Program-made: the position numbers and the translations under genes
In this document: positions 27,450 to 36,227 of the stretch, in pieces
How positions within the stretch are numbered: the stretch's first letter is position 1
How the letters are laid out: every line of letters begins with the position of its first letter
Origin: Thermodesulfobacteriota bacterium
GTDB lineage: Bacteria; Desulfobacterota; GWC2-55-46
Length of the DNA: 64,000 bases
Direction of reading: 5' to 3'
NCBI GenBank assembly: GCA_046757705.1
Contig: JBHHYT010000001.1
Span: 237-64,236 of the forward strand
The notes under the pieces: generated by a model
What the model was told of the DNA's origin: nothing
The model's database searches: none
What the model saw: only the letters and a program-made list of their open reading frames with translations

Positions 27450-27851
27450 TTAAGGGGTGTTGGCGAATACGAACCTGCCGTTGTAGAAGACAATGGAGTT
27501 GTTGTCAGGCAGACTGGCAGCGGTCGTCTTCAGGTGGATAAGACCACTTGAAAGGGTCATGGTACCCGCGCCGTTCAGTGTTATGTTGGCTGAAGGCTGA
27601 TAACCGCCCTCTTTGAGCTTGGCGAGCGTGTCGACCGTCTCGCTCGGGAAGTCGGTCAGATACGCCTGCGCGGCAGTGTAGGCGTTCTTTGTGTCTGAAT
27701 CGAGCGCTGTCTTGTAGCCCCTCAGTCTGTACTTCGAGAACTGCGGGATGGCTATAGCGGCCAGTATCGCTATGATAGCAACGACTATCAGGAGCTCGAC
27801 CAGCGTGAAGCCCTCTTCCCTCTTGATCCTTTTGAGCATGTCTTGTAGCAT
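27450..27851 (-). CDS. pilA: Type IVa major pilin PilA (Geobacter-like N-terminal domain, Cys-less)
   Basis: Prepilin leader ...KREEG|FTLVELLIVVAIIAILAAIAIPQFSKYR. First about 60 mature residues closely resemble G. sulfurreducens PilA-N as recalled. No Cys. S/T-rich C-terminal half. GGAGG Shine-Dalgarno. Confidence 0.85.
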   Translation of the reverse strand: MLQDMLKRIKREEGFTLVELLIVVAIIAILAAIAIPQFSKYRLRGYKTALDSDTKNAYTAAQAYLTDFPSETVDTLAKLKEGGYQPSANITLNGAGTMTLSSGLIHLKTTAASLPDNNSIVFYNGRFVFANTP

Positions 27852-27952
27852 GTGGACCTCCTTTCACCTCTGTTGAATGTTAAAGCTTTTTTATAACTTC
27901 GGATGTTGCCATAAAAACTTGAATCAAACTTGAATCGAATTTGATTTACTAA

Positions 27953-27975
27953 TATTGCAAGTGACGTGCCAAAGC
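27953..27975 (-). promoter_or_regulatory. Sigma-54 (-24/-12) promoter for pilA
   Basis: Minus strand reads cTTTGGCACgtcacTTGCAatatt = TGGCAC-N5-TTGCA, the exact RpoN consensus, about 100 nt upstream of the pilA ATG. Consistent with the sigma-54 enhancer-binding protein PilR encoded upstream. Confidence 0.6.
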
Positions 27976-28029
27976 ACAAAAGTCTGATAAAACAGGGGGT
28001 TAGGAATTATGAAGTGGTTTCTACGGCGT

Positions 28030-28085
28030 CGCCAGGTGACAATTTACGTCACTTTTAGGGACAATTTGCGGCATTTGCGGGGTTG
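28030..28085 (-). promoter_or_regulatory. Candidate enhancer (UAS) for the pilA sigma-54 promoter
   Basis: Palindrome GTGACAATTTACGTCAC plus direct repeats ACAATTTGCGG/CATTTGCGG, located 65-130 nt upstream of the -24 element. Confidence 0.35.
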
Positions 28086-28218
28086 GGGGACCAAAAGTTG
28101 CGCCCCCGGCGTAGCGGTCTGTCGAAAGCAGGCCGCTCCCTCGCAAACCTGCCATTGAATGACGCCCACCAGGGGCTTTTTATTCCACGAGGAGGTGATG
28201 ATCCAGACGCAGGGAGGC

Positions 28219-30534
28219 TTACCTCGCGCCGGTCTTCCTTCCGGGGGGCGCGGGGGCCGGAGGGCGGCCCTCAAGAAGGGCCTCTATGGCCGCGGCCTTC
28301 GCGGTCCTGCCGGCGGCGCGGTGGCTTTCGGCGAGCTTTCCGAGAGCACCGGCGTAATCGGGCTTGTTCTCGATGGCGAGCGCGTAGTACCCGGCCCCTT
28401 CCTCGAACCCGCCTGTCTCGAAGAGTGTGTTTCCGAGCGAATAATATATGTCCGCGAGCTCGGCCATGTCGTCGGTAAGGAAGGCCGCGCGCCTGAAGTT
28501 GACAGTGGCGTCCTCGAGGGCGCCCGTCTCGAAGTACGCACCGGCTATGGTCTTGTAGGCTATCTGCTCGCTGGAGTCGTCGGCGAGCTTCAGGTATCTT
28601 TTCAGGTAGCGGACGGCGTTGCCGTAGTCCTGCAAGTCGTAGTACGCCACCCCCGCACCGAGCAGGCCGTCCTTGTAATCCCCGTCGAGGTCCACCGAGG
28701 CCATGAAGGCGCCGAGGGCCTCCTCCTTCTTATTCAACTTCCCGTAGACCGTGCCGAGCGTGTAGAAGGTCCTGGCGTCGGGGGCGATACCCACGGCCCT
28801 GCCGAGCTCCGCCACCGCTTCCTCGCCGAGGCCGAGCTTCGAGTCGACGAAGCCGAGGAGCCTGTGGGGGCGCGCGTACCCCGCTACCGACCCGTCCTTG
28901 AGCATCCGCACAAGCTCGGCCCTTGCCGCCTCGAGCCCGCCCTTGTCCTCGGGCAGGTCCTTTATCTCCTCGGCGCAGGCGTTCAGCCCGCTTATGCCGT
29001 ACCTCGATAACACGTCCCTGAACCTCGGCGTGTCCTTGAGGTAGAGGATGGAGGTATCGTCGAAGGCCACCGCCTTCCACCCCTCGTTGTCGTGGAGCTT
29101 GCCGCACAGCGGGTCCCTGAGCTTTATAAGCGCCATGTCTATGGAGTATTCGCCGGTAAGCCTGCTCCACCTCCCGGGGTCGGTCACGAGCCTGCTCTTC
29201 CAGAAAAAGTACGGTGAATATACCGTGGGGGTCCTGCCGTCGATGAACACCTTGAGCTCGGGGTAGTAGAATATCAGGTAACCCCCGTAGACGTACTCGT
29301 TGTAGATGTTGCCGGCAAGGTGCTCCCTCTTCATGAACTCGACCGTGCCGGACGGGTACGAGCCGTGCTTTAGCCCCAGCCCCCTGTCCGCGGCCTTCGC
29401 GGCGCCGAGGTAGTCCCTGAACATGACCGCGGCCAGAAAAACGGCGAGCAGGGCGGCGCACCACCGCAGGGCGCGCAGATGCCCCGGCCTCTGCGCGAGC
29501 ACCGGGGCTATGTTGGCGGCGAGCACCGGGGCGGCGAAGAAGCAGAAGAGGCCGAGCCACCTGACGTGGGATACGCCCATGTAGAGCGCTGCGGCCAGGA
29601 GCATCAGGTCTCTGGCCTTTACGCGCTTGAAACTGAGGGCGAGCGCCGCCGCCGTGCAGACCAGGAGCACGATAAAGGCGAAGTGGTCGAGCGGGAACGG
29701 GTAGAAGTAGAAGAAGAGCTCCTTGAATTGCGGCCTTATCCACTCGCCTATGTGGCGTATGGCGTCGGCGTTGCCCGGGCTGTTGTGCACAAAGGGGAAG
29801 AGCAGCAAACGCGGTCCGTACGGGTTTACGAGGGAGGCCACGGGCATGGCCACCGCGGCCAGCAGGTACCTCCTGGCCCTTGAGGAAAGGTCCAGCCTGA
29901 AGCTGTACCCCCCCTGCCTGAACTCGTCTATGACCTGCCCGCCGAAGTAGGAAAAAGCGATGAACGTGCCGAGCACGGCGCTCGAATGCATGTTGATCCA
30001 CACCACCTGCGCGGGCACAAGGAGATACAGGTATATCGGGTTGGACCTCTTCTCATGGAGGGTGAACAGGAGCAGGTACAGGGTCACGAAGAAGAACTCG
30101 AAGAGGTGCGGGCGCACGAAGAACCTCGTGTGCGCGCCGACGAAGGCCAGAAAGAGGACGGCCACGGCAAGCCAGAGCCTGCCCGTTAAAAGGCGAAGGT
30201 TGATGAACAGGGCGGCGAGCGTGAGCGAGACGAGACCCACCTGAAGGAGGAAGAGCCCCGCCCACCCGCCGAGGTATGCGTAGAAGAGGTGCGCGAGCAC
30301 CTGAAAGCCCCAGGTAAAGTCCACCCAGGGGTGCCCGGCGAAGGTGTAGGAGAACGGGTCCGTGGCGGGCACCCTCGAGTGGGAGACGATCCACTCCCCG
30401 CTCCTCAGGGCCCATAGTATGTCGGTGTCCCAGTGCTGTTTCTGAAAAGAGATAAGTACGACGAGGGCGCCGAGCGCCACAAGGAGACAGACGCTTATTG
30501 CCTTTCCCGGTTGTTCACTCCTCGGAGATTTCAT
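28219..30534 (-). CDS. Large polytopic membrane protein with C-terminal TPR repeats (uncharacterised; GT-C-like glycosyltransferase candidate)
   Basis: 771 aa. N-terminal about 420 aa with more than 10 predicted TM helices and WDTD motif after TM1. C-terminal 300 aa TPR repeats (TLGTVYGKLNKKEEALGAF, AGVAYYDLQDYGNAVRYLKRYLKL...). Start overlaps the pilR stop. Confidence 0.45.
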   Translation of the reverse strand: MKSPRSEQPGKAISVCLLVALGALVVLISFQKQHWDTDILWALRSGEWIVSHSRVPATDPFSYTFAGHPWVDFTWGFQVLAHLFYAYLGGWAGLFLLQVGLVSLTLAALFINLRLLTGRLWLAVAVLFLAFVGAHTRFFVRPHLFEFFFVTLYLLLFTLHEKRSNPIYLYLLVPAQVVWINMHSSAVLGTFIAFSYFGGQVIDEFRQGGYSFRLDLSSRARRYLLAAVAMPVASLVNPYGPRLLLFPFVHNSPGNADAIRHIGEWIRPQFKELFFYFYPFPLDHFAFIVLLVCTAAALALSFKRVKARDLMLLAAALYMGVSHVRWLGLFCFFAAPVLAANIAPVLAQRPGHLRALRWCAALLAVFLAAVMFRDYLGAAKAADRGLGLKHGSYPSGTVEFMKREHLAGNIYNEYVYGGYLIFYYPELKVFIDGRTPTVYSPYFFWKSRLVTDPGRWSRLTGEYSIDMALIKLRDPLCGKLHDNEGWKAVAFDDTSILYLKDTPRFRDVLSRYGISGLNACAEEIKDLPEDKGGLEAARAELVRMLKDGSVAGYARPHRLLGFVDSKLGLGEEAVAELGRAVGIAPDARTFYTLGTVYGKLNKKEEALGAFMASVDLDGDYKDGLLGAGVAYYDLQDYGNAVRYLKRYLKLADDSSEQIAYKTIAGAYFETGALEDATVNFRRAAFLTDDMAELADIYYSLGNTLFETGGFEEGAGYYALAIENKPDYAGALGKLAESHRAAGRTAKAAAIEALLEGRPPAPAPPGRKTGAR

Positions 30535-31912
30535 ATTTGCTAAGTTTATACCTCATCGACCGGAAGGAGAGCCCGAGCAACTCGGCCGCCCTCTTCTTCA
30601 CCCCCCCGGTCTTCTTGAGCGCGTCCATTATAATAGCCTTCTCGAACTCCTCGATGGTCTTCTCAAGGTCGACGCCCTCAGGGGGCACCTCGAGCGCCTC
30701 CACGTTCCCCGCGGCCGGCACGGCCGCCGCGCCCGCCTTTTGCGCCATGTACTGCGGCAGGCTGCCGGCGTGTATCGTATCGGTCGGCTCCAGCGTTACG
30801 GCCCGCTCTATAACGTTCTCCAGCTCCCTGACGTTGCCGGAGTACTGGTGCTCTAAGAGCAGGGCCATGGCCTGCTCGGATATCGTCTTCACCTGCTTGC
30901 CGAGCTCAGCATTATACTTGTCCATGAAGTGTCTTGCAAGCAAAGGAATGTCTTCTTTCCTCTCGCGCAGCGGCGGCATGTCTATCCTTATCACGTTGAG
31001 CCTGTAGAAGAGGTCCTCCCTGAACCTCCCGGCCTCGACCTCCGCCTCCAGGTCCCTGTTGGAGGCGGCGATAAGGCGTATGTCCACGGTAACGTCGCTG
31101 GTGCCCCCCACCCTCCGGAAGCTCCGCTCCTGAATGAAGCGCAGGAGCTTTACCTGCAGGTGGAGCGGCAGCTCCGTTATCTCGTCGAGGAAGAGCGTGC
31201 CGCCGTCGGCCTCCTCCGCCAGCCCGGCCTTGCTCGATACCGCCCCGGTAAAGGCGCCCCTGATGTGCCCGAACAGCTCGCTTTCAAGGAGGTTCTCCGG
31301 TATCGCCCCGCAGTTTATGGCGACGAACGGGGCGTCCCTCCTGTCGCTCTCAAAGTGTATGGCGCGGGCCACGAGCTCCTTGCCGGTGCCGCTCTCTCCC
31401 GTTACGAAGACGTTCGTCCTGGTACGCGCTATGCTCCTTATAAGGCCGTAAAGCTCCGTCATGCGCGAGGAGGTGCCGATGAGGTTCGAGTACCCGAACC
31501 GGGTCTTCATGTCCTGCTTGAGCAGGCGGTTCTCCTTCTCCAGGTGCTTGTGCTTGAGCGCCTTTTTTATGTTCAGCTTCACCTCGTCCACATTGAAGGG
31601 CTTGGTGAAGTAATCGAAGGCCCCGGCCTTCATGGCCTCTATGGCCGTCTCCACGGAGGCGTATGCGGTGACCATTATGACGGTCGTCTCCGGGTCGAGC
31701 TCCTTGAGCGCGCGGGTAAACTCCACCCCGTTCATGCCCGGCATCCTCAGGTCTGTTATGACGAGGTCTGCGTGGTTGCTCCGGCAGAACTCGAGGGCCG
31801 CGGGCGCGCTCTCCATGGCGCGGGCGTCGTAGCCTTCCTTGCGGAGCATTATCTCGAGGAACTCCCTCATGTCCCTCTCGTCGTCTACTATCAGTATCAT
31901 CTCTTTAGCCAT
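30515..31912 (-). CDS. pilR: Sigma-54-dependent response regulator PilR (REC-AAA+-HTH)
   Basis: 465 aa. REC (ILIVDDE...DLVITDLRMPGMNG). AAA+ sigma-54 activator motifs (VFVTGESGTGKE, GAFTGA, ESELFGH). C-terminal Fis-type HTH. Confidence 0.85.
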   Translation of the reverse strand: MAKEMILIVDDERDMREFLEIMLRKEGYDARAMESAPAALEFCRSNHADLVITDLRMPGMNGVEFTRALKELDPETTVIMVTAYASVETAIEAMKAGAFDYFTKPFNVDEVKLNIKKALKHKHLEKENRLLKQDMKTRFGYSNLIGTSSRMTELYGLIRSIARTRTNVFVTGESGTGKELVARAIHFESDRRDAPFVAINCGAIPENLLESELFGHIRGAFTGAVSSKAGLAEEADGGTLFLDEITELPLHLQVKLLRFIQERSFRRVGGTSDVTVDIRLIAASNRDLEAEVEAGRFREDLFYRLNVIRIDMPPLRERKEDIPLLARHFMDKYNAELGKQVKTISEQAMALLLEHQYSGNVRELENVIERAVTLEPTDTIHAGSLPQYMAQKAGAAAVPAAGNVEALEVPPEGVDLEKTIEEFEKAIIMDALKKTGGVKKRAAELLGLSFRSMRYKLSKYEISEE

Positions 31913-31933
31913 TGTCCCTGATACCCTGTCCCC

Positions 31934-33622
31934 TTAATGTAGTGTGGCGCCCTCGGCGAGGACCGGGAGCACTATGGTAAAGACCGTCCCGCCTCCGGCG
32001 TCGCTCTGTACGTCTATCCTTCCGCCGTGCGTCTCTATTATCCTGTGGACGATGGCAAGGCCGAGGCCCGTGCCCGAATCCTTGGTGGAGAAGAACGGGT
32101 CGAATATCCTGAGCAAGTCTTCCCGGTCTATGCCCGTGCCCGTGTCCGCCACGGTCACCGAGACGGTGGCTGGCTCCTCGCCTGCGTCCCCGGAGACCCC
32201 CGCCTCCCCTGCCCCGGGGCTCAGGTGCGAGGAGACGGCAAGGGTGCCCGAGCCGCTCATGGCGTGGGCGGCGTTGAGGAATAGGTTCCAGAAGACCTGC
32301 CCGAGCTGCCTTGCGTCGGCCTTTATGAAGACGCTTCCCGGCAGGTCGCTCTCTATGCCTATATCCGAGGCCTCCGGGGCGTTGGCGAACAGCTGTATCG
32401 TCTCGCCTATTATGGCGTTCAGGTCCACTACCTCCCTTGTCTCCCGCGCCGGGCGCGCGAAGAGCAGATAGTCGGTAATGAGCATGTTGAGCCTGCTCGT
32501 CTCGCGCAGCACTATCTCCATGAGCTTGTTGTTATCCCCGTCGAGGCTCACCTCGTCCTTCAGGACCTGTATGGAGCCGCTTATCGACGCCAGCGGGTTG
32601 CGTATCTCGTGGGCTATGCCCACGGAGAGCTCGCCGAGGGCCTTCAACTTCTCGTCCCTCCTGAGCTGCTCCTCCATGGCGCGAAGCCGCGTGAGGTCCT
32701 GGAAGATGATGATGCTGTCGACATCCCCGCCCTGGCCCCGGGAGACCGAGAACCCGAGGAATATCTCCTCTCCGTCCTTCTTCCTGAACTTCTTCTCGAC
32801 ACGCGCGCCCACTCGCGCGGCGCGCTTGCCGCTTGAAAGCATGTCAGGGAAGAACTCCCTTACGTCCTTGTGGTAGACCTCTTTGGCGGAGTAGCCGGTA
32901 ACCGACTCGGCCTCCCTGTTGAAGGATGTTATCCTGTGGTTGCCGTCGAGCGTCATTATGCCGCTCGTTATGTTCTCCACTATGTGCCGGTTGAGCCCCT
33001 CGAGCTTTACGAGGTCGGTCTCCTTCTCCTCGAGCTTCTTCTCTACCTTGGCCGTCTTCTCGGCGAGATACCCGGTAAGGTAGGCCACCGTGAAGAAGGC
33101 GAGGATGTTGGTGGCGACCGTCATGAAGACGTCCTCCCAGCCGGGCTGGAGCGCCGTGGAGGGAAGCACCTTGAAGCGCGCCGGGAGCATGTTGTAGAAG
33201 TCCGCGTCCATCAGCACGCCGTAGGAGATGGACGAAAGGGAGGCCGCGTACAGCCCCCCCCTCATGCCGACCATTATCGTGGCGCCGATCACGGAAAGGG
33301 GGTAGAGTATCTGCAGGTAGCTCTCCGTGCCCCCTGTAACGTAGACGATAACGCTCGTAAGGACGATGTCGACCGTTACCTGCAAGTAGACGAACAGGCG
33401 CAGGTTCCTTACCCTGCCCAGGGCGAGGGCGTAGAATATCGTGAGGAAACCCACGACCGCCACTATAAAATACAGGGGCTGGAAGTTCAGCCGCGTATAC
33501 GAGTATTCCCTTACCTGAAACCAGGTGGTGATGCCGAGGAAGGCCAGAGCGAGCACCACCCTCAACACCATCATGGCCAGAAGTTTGCCCTTGAGCGTAT
33601 TTTGGGTAGATGCCTGTGCCAT
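31934..33622 (-). CDS. pilS: Sensor histidine kinase PilS (multi-TM, PAS, HisKA, HATPase)
   Basis: Six TM helices N-terminal. PAS region. H-box GIAHEIRNPL. N, G1, G2 boxes (DTGTGI, GTGLGLAIV). Start set at ATG 33622 (MAQASTQ). Confidence 0.75.
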   Translation of the reverse strand: MAQASTQNTLKGKLLAMMVLRVVLALAFLGITTWFQVREYSYTRLNFQPLYFIVAVVGFLTIFYALALGRVRNLRLFVYLQVTVDIVLTSVIVYVTGGTESYLQILYPLSVIGATIMVGMRGGLYAASLSSISYGVLMDADFYNMLPARFKVLPSTALQPGWEDVFMTVATNILAFFTVAYLTGYLAEKTAKVEKKLEEKETDLVKLEGLNRHIVENITSGIMTLDGNHRITSFNREAESVTGYSAKEVYHKDVREFFPDMLSSGKRAARVGARVEKKFRKKDGEEIFLGFSVSRGQGGDVDSIIIFQDLTRLRAMEEQLRRDEKLKALGELSVGIAHEIRNPLASISGSIQVLKDEVSLDGDNNKLMEIVLRETSRLNMLITDYLLFARPARETREVVDLNAIIGETIQLFANAPEASDIGIESDLPGSVFIKADARQLGQVFWNLFLNAAHAMSGSGTLAVSSHLSPGAGEAGVSGDAGEEPATVSVTVADTGTGIDREDLLRIFDPFFSTKDSGTGLGLAIVHRIIETHGGRIDVQSDAGGGTVFTIVLPVLAEGATLH

Positions 33623-33745
33623 TTTCAGTCTTTTAACCGGTTGCCGAAGAATGCCGCCCCTGGCCTGTTCCAGCCGCAAGCTGGCCCGGGTCAATCGGTC
33701 CAGTCATCGTGGATTGCCGGCCTGCCGCGCCTTTACCGCGGCCTC

Positions 33746-34966
33746 TTAACCGGCCGCGGCCCCCGCGATCTGGAATATCGGAAGGTACAGGGCGATGACG
33801 AGCCCGCCTACCACCACGCCGAGGAAGGCCATCAGCAGCGGCTCGATGAGCGAGGTAAGGGCGTCCACCGCGGCGTCCACCTCGTCCTCGTAGAAGTCCG
33901 CTATCTTCGTGAGCATCGCGTCGAGCGCGCCCGTGGACTCGCCCACGGCTATCATCTGCGTTACCATCCCGGGGAAGACCTTCGTCTCGATGAGCGGGTC
34001 AGCCAGCGTCTTGCCCTGGCTGAGGCTCGTGCGGGCCTTCATTATGGATTCCTCTATGACGACGTTGCCGGAGGTCTTGGAGACTATCTCGAGGGCCTCT
34101 AGGATGGGCACGCCGCTCGAGAGCATGGTCCCGAGAGTGCGGGTAAAGCGCGCCACGGCCGTCTTTTTTATCAGGTCGCCGAAGACGGGCACCTTGAGGA
34201 TGAACTTATCGATGACCTTCCTGCCCTTCTGCGTCTTGTACGCCCGGTTTATGGCTACCCCGATGCCGACCATGCCGCCGATAATCAGGTACCAGTAGTT
34301 CTTCAGGGCGTTGCTGAGGTTGACGACTATCTGCGTGGGCGCGGGCAGTGCCTGCCCGAAGCCCTCGAACATATCCTCAAAGACCGGCACGACCCATATG
34401 AGCAGGCCGGAGACGACAAGGCAGGCTATGATGATGACCACTACCGGGTAGGTCATGGCGCTCTTGACCTTCGTCTTGAGCTTCTCGGCCTTTTCGAGGA
34501 AGCCGGAGAGCCTGTCGAGGATGGTATCGAGTATGCCGCCGACCTCTCCGGCGGCGATGAGGTTGACGTAGAGCTCATCGAAGACCTTCGGGTGCTTCTT
34601 CAGGGCGTCCGCGAAGGTAGTGCCGCCCTCGACCGAGCTCTTGACGTCGACGAGGACCTTCTTGAACTCCGGGTTATCCTGTTGTGAGGCGAGTATCTCA
34701 AGGCACTGCACCAGAGGCAGGCCCGCGTCTATCATGGTGGAGAACTGGCGGCTGAATATGACCAGCTCCTTGGTCTTGACCCCCCTTGAGAGCCCCGGTA
34801 TCTTGAGCCCGCCGAGCGAGAACCCGGCCTTCTTCTGGTTTATCGAGGCCGGTATTATCTGCTGGCGCCTGAGGGCGGCCGTTGCCTGCGCCATGTTTGC
34901 CGCCTGCACCTCGCCCTTCCTCATCTCGCCGCCTATGGTCTTACCGCTATATACGAAAGTAGGCAT
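33746..34966 (-). CDS. pilC: Type IV pilus inner-membrane platform protein PilC (GspF family)
   Basis: 406 aa. Two GspF repeats. Conserved FSRQFSTMIDAGLPLVQCLEIL and FTRTLGTMLSSGVPILEALEIV. Confidence 0.9.
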   Translation of the reverse strand: MPTFVYSGKTIGGEMRKGEVQAANMAQATAALRRQQIIPASINQKKAGFSLGGLKIPGLSRGVKTKELVIFSRQFSTMIDAGLPLVQCLEILASQQDNPEFKKVLVDVKSSVEGGTTFADALKKHPKVFDELYVNLIAAGEVGGILDTILDRLSGFLEKAEKLKTKVKSAMTYPVVVIIIACLVVSGLLIWVVPVFEDMFEGFGQALPAPTQIVVNLSNALKNYWYLIIGGMVGIGVAINRAYKTQKGRKVIDKFILKVPVFGDLIKKTAVARFTRTLGTMLSSGVPILEALEIVSKTSGNVVIEESIMKARTSLSQGKTLADPLIETKVFPGMVTQMIAVGESTGALDAMLTKIADFYEDEVDAAVDALTSLIEPLLMAFLGVVVGGLVIALYLPIFQIAGAAAG

Positions 34967-36090
34967 TACGTCGTCCTCCCTTGCGGCATACCGGTTCTGA
35001 CGCCGGCGTTGGATAGCATCTGGCGGAGCTCATCCGGCTCCTGGCTTCTCCCGGTAGCCTCCTCAAGCGTTATAAGCCTTCTTGTGTAGAGGTTCATAAG
35101 GCTCTGGTTCATCGTCTGCATGCCGAACCGGCTCTGTCCGACCTGCATCTGGGAGTATATCTGGTGGACCTTGTCCTCCCGTATGAGGTTCCTTATGGCC
35201 GCGTTCGGCAGCATCAGCTCTATGCAGGAGACTCTGCCCTTGTTGTCCGCCCTCGGCACGAGCAGCTGTGAGATGACGGCCTCGAGGACGAACGAGAGCT
35301 GCGCCCTTACCTGCGGCTGCTGGTGGGAAGGGAAGACGTCTATGATCCTGTTTATCGTCTGAACGCAGGAGTTTGTGTGCAGGGTGGCAAAACACAGGTG
35401 GCCTGTCTCCGCTATGGTCAGCGCCGTCTCTATGGTATCCATGTCCCTGAGCTCGCCGAGGAGAACGACATCGGGGTCCTGGCGCAGGATGTACTTGAGC
35501 GCCTTTTTAAAGGCGAAGGTGTCATACCCGACCTCCCTCTGGTTCACCAGGGCCACCTTGGAGTTGTGAAGGTACTCGATGGGGTCCTCGATGGTTATTA
35601 TGTGCTCGGGCCTCTCGGAGTTTATCTTTTCTATCATGGAGGCGAGCGTGGTGGACTTTCCGCTTCCGGTCGGGCCCGTTACGAGGACGAGGCCGCGCGG
35701 CTTTTTGCAGATATCCTCGAGTATGGGGGGCAGGCCCAGCTCCTGAAAGGAGAGTATCTTGAAAGGAATGGTGCGGAAGACCCCCGCAACGGTGCCCCTC
35801 TGAACGAAGAGGTTGCCCCTGAAACGGCTCAACCCCTTTATGCCGAAGGAGAAGTCGAGCTCGTTCTCCTCCTCGAACTTATGCTTCTGGACGTCTGTCA
35901 GGATGGAGTAGCACAGCTGCCTGGTGATGACACCGTTCAAAGCCGGGCCGCTCATCGGGGTGAGCCTTCCGTCCACCCTGACCCTCGGCGGACTGCCGGC
36001 GGCCACATGGAGGTCGGAGCCGCCTTGTTCTATCATTACCCTCAGAAGTTCCTGTAAAGAGCCTTTAACTCCGCCAGCTTCGACTGCCAT
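34966..36090 (-). CDS. pilT: Twitching-motility retraction ATPase PilT
   Basis: 374 aa. Walker A GPTGSGKSTT. DIHV/His box. Typical PilT length. 1-nt overlap with pilC. Confidence 0.9.
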   Translation of the reverse strand: MAVEAGGVKGSLQELLRVMIEQGGSDLHVAAGSPPRVRVDGRLTPMSGPALNGVITRQLCYSILTDVQKHKFEEENELDFSFGIKGLSRFRGNLFVQRGTVAGVFRTIPFKILSFQELGLPPILEDICKKPRGLVLVTGPTGSGKSTTLASMIEKINSERPEHIITIEDPIEYLHNSKVALVNQREVGYDTFAFKKALKYILRQDPDVVLLGELRDMDTIETALTIAETGHLCFATLHTNSCVQTINRIIDVFPSHQQPQVRAQLSFVLEAVISQLLVPRADNKGRVSCIELMLPNAAIRNLIREDKVHQIYSQMQVGQSRFGMQTMNQSLMNLYTRRLITLEEATGRSQEPDELRQMLSNAGVRTGMPQGRTT

Positions 36091-36227
36091 AAACCCTCCT
36101 TAGCATACGTCCATACTCTTATTTCGGAGTTTCTAATGTAATATTAAATTATTTGCTTGGAGATTTTTAAGGACAAAAGTTACAAAACCGTCTTTTTTAG
36201 CGTAAGGTACCGGGTTTTTTCACTTTT

